A stretch of 64,000 bases of DNA from the NCBI GenBank assembly GCA_002011475.1, contig MTNP01000005.1:15336-79335 (forward strand), read 5' to 3'. Position 1 is the first letter of the stretch. Each line of letters begins with the position of its first letter. The notes under the pieces are model-generated. The model made no database searches and was not told the origin of the DNA. It saw only the letters and a list, made by a program, of their open reading frames with translations. Positions 60,587 through 64,000 of the stretch are shown piece by piece. Source of the DNA: Dehalococcoides sp. JdFR-54. GTDB taxonomy: Bacteria; Chloroflexota; Dehalococcoidia; JdFR-54. The translations under genes were made by a program, and so were the position numbers.

Positions 60587-61507
60587 ATGCTTCTGGAGAC
60601 GGAGCTGGCCCGGCATCGGCCGGAAAGGGATAGCTTCCTGGCTATCGGCGTTTTCGACGGGGTACATCTGGGGCATCAGCATCTCATAGCTCACCTCAGA
60701 CAGCGAGCCCAGGAGACGGGGTGGCTGGGTGGTGTGGTCACTTTGCGGCACCATCCCCTAGAGGTGCTGTCCCCCGGTGTGGAGCCAGCTTATCTGACCA
60801 GCCTGGAGGAGAGGACCCAGCTCCTGCACCAAAGCGGCGCCGATTTTGTGGCGGTGGTTTCCTTCACCCCGGAGGTGGCCCAAATGCGGGCCAGCCAGTT
60901 CCTGGAATCGGTGCAGCGCCAGCTGCGCATGAGGGGGCTGGTGGCCGGCCCAGATTTTGCCCTGGGCCGGGACCGGGAGGGCGATACCGCCGCCTTGAAA
61001 GCCCTGGGAGACAAAATGGGCTTTATTATGGAGGTGGTCCCCCCCAAAATGCTGGAGGCGGAGGTGGTGAGCAGCACCGCCATCCGTCGGGCCTTGGGCC
61101 AGGGCGATATGCCCCGGGTGAGCCAGCTATTGGGCCGACCCTATCGCCTGAGCGGCCGGGTGGTATCTGGGGTGGAGCGGGGACGCCAACTGGGCTTTCC
61201 CACCGCTAACCTGGAGATCGAGCCCACCCGGGCCATCCCCGCCGACGGCGTTTATATAACCAGAGCCTATCTCAGCCAGAGGGCACACCCCTCGGTGACC
61301 AATATCGGCCTCCGACCCACCTTCGGAGGCCAGCAGCGCACCGTGGAGGTCTTCCTCTTGGACTATCAGGGCGACCTCTACGGGGAGGAGCTGAGCATCG
61401 AGCTGGTGAAGCGGCTCCGGGGGGAGATAGCCTTCGCCTCGGCGGCGGAGCTCCAGGAGCAGATCGAGAGGGATGTGGAGCAGGCCCGGGCCTGGCTCCA
61501 AGAGTGA
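60587..61507 (+). CDS. ribF: bifunctional riboflavin kinase / FMN adenylyltransferase
   Basis: LAIGVFDGVHLGHQHLI and C-terminal riboflavin kinase GFPTANLE. Confidence 0.85.
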   Translation: MLLETELARHRPERDSFLAIGVFDGVHLGHQHLIAHLRQRAQETGWLGGVVTLRHHPLEVLSPGVEPAYLTSLEERTQLLHQSGADFVAVVSFTPEVAQMRASQFLESVQRQLRMRGLVAGPDFALGRDREGDTAALKALGDKMGFIMEVVPPKMLEAEVVSSTAIRRALGQGDMPRVSQLLGRPYRLSGRVVSGVERGRQLGFPTANLEIEPTRAIPADGVYITRAYLSQRAHPSVTNIGLRPTFGGQQRTVEVFLLDYQGDLYGEELSIELVKRLRGEIAFASAAELQEQIERDVEQARAWLQE

Positions 61508-61514
61508 GGGATAG

Positions 61515-62726
61515 ATGACTGTTCACAGTCTCGACTATATCCTGCGGCGCGGGGTGGCCGAGATCATAGTCGAGGAGGAGATGAGGGAACTCCTCCGCTC
61601 AGGCCGACCCCTGAGGCTCAAGGAGGGCTTTGACCCCAGCCGCCCCGATATCCACCTGGGCCATGTGGTGGGGCTGAGGAAGCTGCGCCAGTTTCAAGAG
61701 CTGGGCCACAAGGTCATCCTTATCGTGGGCGACTGGACGGCCCGGATCGGCGACCCCAGCGGTGAGTCGGCCACCCGACCCATGCTCACCGCCGAGGAGG
61801 TCAACGCCAATGCCCAGACCTACATGCAGCAGTTCTTCAAGGTGGTGGACAAGGGCCGTACTGAGGTGCGCTGGCAGAGCGAGTGGTTCGGCAAGTTCGA
61901 CCTTGGCGATGTCTTCAGGCTCACCAGCAAGTTCACCGTGGCCCAGCTCCTGGCCCGGGACGACTTCGCCAGTCGATACACCTCGGGCCGCCCCATTGCC
62001 CTCACCGAGCTCCTCTATCCCCTCCTTCAGGCCTACGACTCGGTGGTCATCGAGGCCGATGTCGAGTTCGGCGGCACCGACCAGAAGTTCAATTGCCTGG
62101 TGGGGCGGGAGCTTCAGGGGATGGTGGGGCAGAGGCCCCAGCAGGTGTTCCTGACACCGCTCCTGTTGGGCACCGATGGCTCCCAGAAGATGAGCAAGAG
62201 CCTGGGCAACTACATCGGCATCGACGAGCCGCCCCAAGAGATGTACGGCAAGGTGATGTCCATCCCCGATGGGCTGATGCTGGACTACTTCGAGATGCTG
62301 ACCGATGTCCCCGACGAGGAGCTGGCCGAGTTCCGCAGGCAATTGGCGGCCCAGTCGGTGAACCCCATGCTCATCAAGAAGCGCCTGGCCCGGGAGATCG
62401 TGGCCCAGTTCCACACCCAGACGGCGGCTCAGAGGGCCGAGGCGGAGTTCGAGCGGGTATTTCAAAAGAGGGGATTGCCCGCCGAGATACCGGAGTATAG
62501 CCTGCCTGTCGGCGGCACTGACATCATTTCCCTACTTTGTGATGCCGGCCTGGTCAAAAGCCGCAGCGAGGCCAGACGCCTCTGGGCTCAGGGGGCCATC
62601 GAGGTTGATGGCGTGAGGCTGGGTGGCGACCAACTACAGGTTAGCCTGCATCCCGGCAGCATAATCCAGGTCGGCAAGCGACGCTTCCTCAGGATCGTGG
62701 ACGCCGATACCGGGTCCAAAAACTGA
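61515..62726 (+). CDS. tyrS: tyrosyl-tRNA synthetase
   Basis: HIGH-class motif PDIHLGH, KMSKS motif KMSKS, and C-terminal S4 domain. Confidence 0.9.
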   Translation: MTVHSLDYILRRGVAEIIVEEEMRELLRSGRPLRLKEGFDPSRPDIHLGHVVGLRKLRQFQELGHKVILIVGDWTARIGDPSGESATRPMLTAEEVNANAQTYMQQFFKVVDKGRTEVRWQSEWFGKFDLGDVFRLTSKFTVAQLLARDDFASRYTSGRPIALTELLYPLLQAYDSVVIEADVEFGGTDQKFNCLVGRELQGMVGQRPQQVFLTPLLLGTDGSQKMSKSLGNYIGIDEPPQEMYGKVMSIPDGLMLDYFEMLTDVPDEELAEFRRQLAAQSVNPMLIKKRLAREIVAQFHTQTAAQRAEAEFERVFQKRGLPAEIPEYSLPVGGTDIISLLCDAGLVKSRSEARRLWAQGAIEVDGVRLGGDQLQVSLHPGSIIQVGKRRFLRIVDADTGSKN

Positions 62727-62757
62727 ATTCAAATTAAATCGCTCACGGAGGCCCCCA

Positions 62758-63858
62758 ATGCAACTGAGAATACCGGGACCAACCCCAGTTCCCCCCCACA
62801 TCCTCCAGGCCCTGAGCCAGCAGATGATCAACCACCGGGGACCAGGCTTTGCCGACATAATCTGGCGGGTTACCCAGCGGCTGAAGCAGGTCTTCCAGAC
62901 CCAGGGCGATGTCTATATCCTCACCGCCTCGGGCACCGGCGGCATGGAAGCGGCTATAGTGAACACCCTGTCCCCAGGCGACAAGGTGCTCTCCGTCTCC
63001 ATAGGCTTCTTCGGCGACCGCTTCGCCGACATCGCCCAACAGTATGGTGCCGAGGTGGAGCGCCTCGAATTCGAGTGGGGACAGGCAGCCGACCCCGAGA
63101 TGGTGCGCCGGGCCCTGAAGGCCCATCCCCAGGTAAAGGCGGTCCTGCTCACCCACAACGAGACCTCCACCGGCGTAACCAATGACCTGGGCACCCTGTG
63201 CTCTGTGGTCGGGGAGTTCGACAAGCTCCTGCTAGTAGACGCCATCAGCAGCCTCAGCTCCATAGACCTGCCGGTGGACAAGTGGGGCTGCGATGTGGTG
63301 GTCACCAGCTCCCAGAAGGGCTGGATGGTGCCCCCGGGGCTGGCCATGGTCAGCGTCAGCCCCAGGGCATGGCAGGCCTACGCCACCGCCAAGATGCCCC
63401 GCTACTACTGGGATTTCGCCAAGGCCAGGAGTTTTCTGGAGAAGGGACAGACCCCCTGGACGCCGGTCCTCTCCGTCTTCTTCGCCCTGGATATCGCCCT
63501 GGAGTTATTGCTCCAGGAGGGCTTGCCCAATGTATTCGCCAGGCATGCTCGCATAGCCGATATGGTGCGCTCCGGTATCAAGTCCCTGGGCCTTCGCCTC
63601 TTCGCCGATGAAAGGCATGCCTCCAACACGGTTACGGCGGTTGCCAACCCCGACGGCCTCGACAACAAGCAGTTCCTCAAGGTGCTCAGGGAGCAATACG
63701 ACGTGGTGCTCAGCGGGGGGCAGCAGAGGCTGGAGGGAAAGATCTTCCGCATCGGTCATCTGGGCTGGGTGGAGGACAAGGACGTGGCAGAGGTCATAGG
63801 GGGCATAAAGTCCGCCCTGGACAAGTTGGGATTTAAAACCGGGGTCTCCGCAAGATAA
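62758..63858 (+). CDS. serC: class-V aminotransferase (serine-pyruvate / archaeal-type phosphoserine aminotransferase)
   Basis: GPTPVPPHILQA, PLP-Lys in VVVTSSQKGW. It lies immediately upstream of serA. Confidence 0.75.
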   Translation: MQLRIPGPTPVPPHILQALSQQMINHRGPGFADIIWRVTQRLKQVFQTQGDVYILTASGTGGMEAAIVNTLSPGDKVLSVSIGFFGDRFADIAQQYGAEVERLEFEWGQAADPEMVRRALKAHPQVKAVLLTHNETSTGVTNDLGTLCSVVGEFDKLLLVDAISSLSSIDLPVDKWGCDVVVTSSQKGWMVPPGLAMVSVSPRAWQAYATAKMPRYYWDFAKARSFLEKGQTPWTPVLSVFFALDIALELLLQEGLPNVFARHARIADMVRSGIKSLGLRLFADERHASNTVTAVANPDGLDNKQFLKVLREQYDVVLSGGQQRLEGKIFRIGHLGWVEDKDVAEVIGGIKSALDKLGFKTGVSAR

Positions 63859-63870
63859 CCATGAGGGTTT

Positions 63871-64000
63871 TGGTCACCGAGCCCATAGCTCGGGAAGGCA
63901 TTGAAAGGCTCCAAAGCCGGGTGGAGGTGGTGTTCCGACCCGACCTGCCGCGTGACGAGCTTCTGGCCATCATCGGCGACTTCGAGGGGTTAGTAGTGCG
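63871..64000 (+). CDS. serA: D-3-phosphoglycerate dehydrogenase, N-terminal fragment (continues beyond window)
   Basis: MRVLVTEPIAREGIERLQ...LLAIIGDFEGLVV is a typical SerA N-terminus. Confidence 0.6.

Overview
High-GC (~60%) bacterial chromosomal window, almost fully coding, with no rRNA, CRISPR, transposase or integrase. The content is core and C1/central metabolism plus DNA-repair housekeeping. Main elements, 5' to 3': (1) one long minus-strand gene string, citE-like / acyl-CoA carboxyltransferase (12S) / small ORF / 5S-BCCP fusion / leuC / leuD / two paralogous 7-repeat secreted lipoproteins / icd (cut by the window start). (2) A Wood-Ljungdahl carbonyl-branch cluster acsB-acsD-acsC-cooC-acsE with no CODH catalytic subunit next to it, the arrangement known from Dehalococcoidia-type incomplete WL pathways. 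(3) mutL <- S8 protease with dockerin-like tail -> mutS. (4) sucDC, tRNA-Ser(UGA), and hypA-F-C-D-E, which diverges from folD-fhs across a regulatory region carrying a CRP-type site and an 8-N16-8 inverted repeat. (5) A lower-GC patch with a 3-hydroxyacyl-CoA/L-carnitine-dehydrogenase-like gene and a BKACE-family gene, bounded by a perfect 22-bp hairpin. (6) A sugar-acid-type cluster: LarA homolog, PTE-like lactonase, eda, kdgK and a Zn-ADH. (7) cupin-iorA-iorB behind a near-consensus sigma70 promoter. (8) A tandem-aptamer glycine riboswitch with terminator in front of lipB-lipA-gcvH-gcvPA-gcvPB and a single 895-aa ORF fusing aminomethyltransferase (GcvT) to a full serine hydroxymethyltransferase. 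I consider this fusion the most unusual feature. (9) serS, lysS, greA, recO, recR, ybaB, dnaX, ribF, tyrS, a class-V aminotransferase (SerC-type) and the start of serA. Functional calls come from my own reading of the translated ORFs (catalytic motifs, domain order, length) and cannot be checked against databases here. All long plus/minus antisense ORFs in the track are treated as high-GC artefacts.
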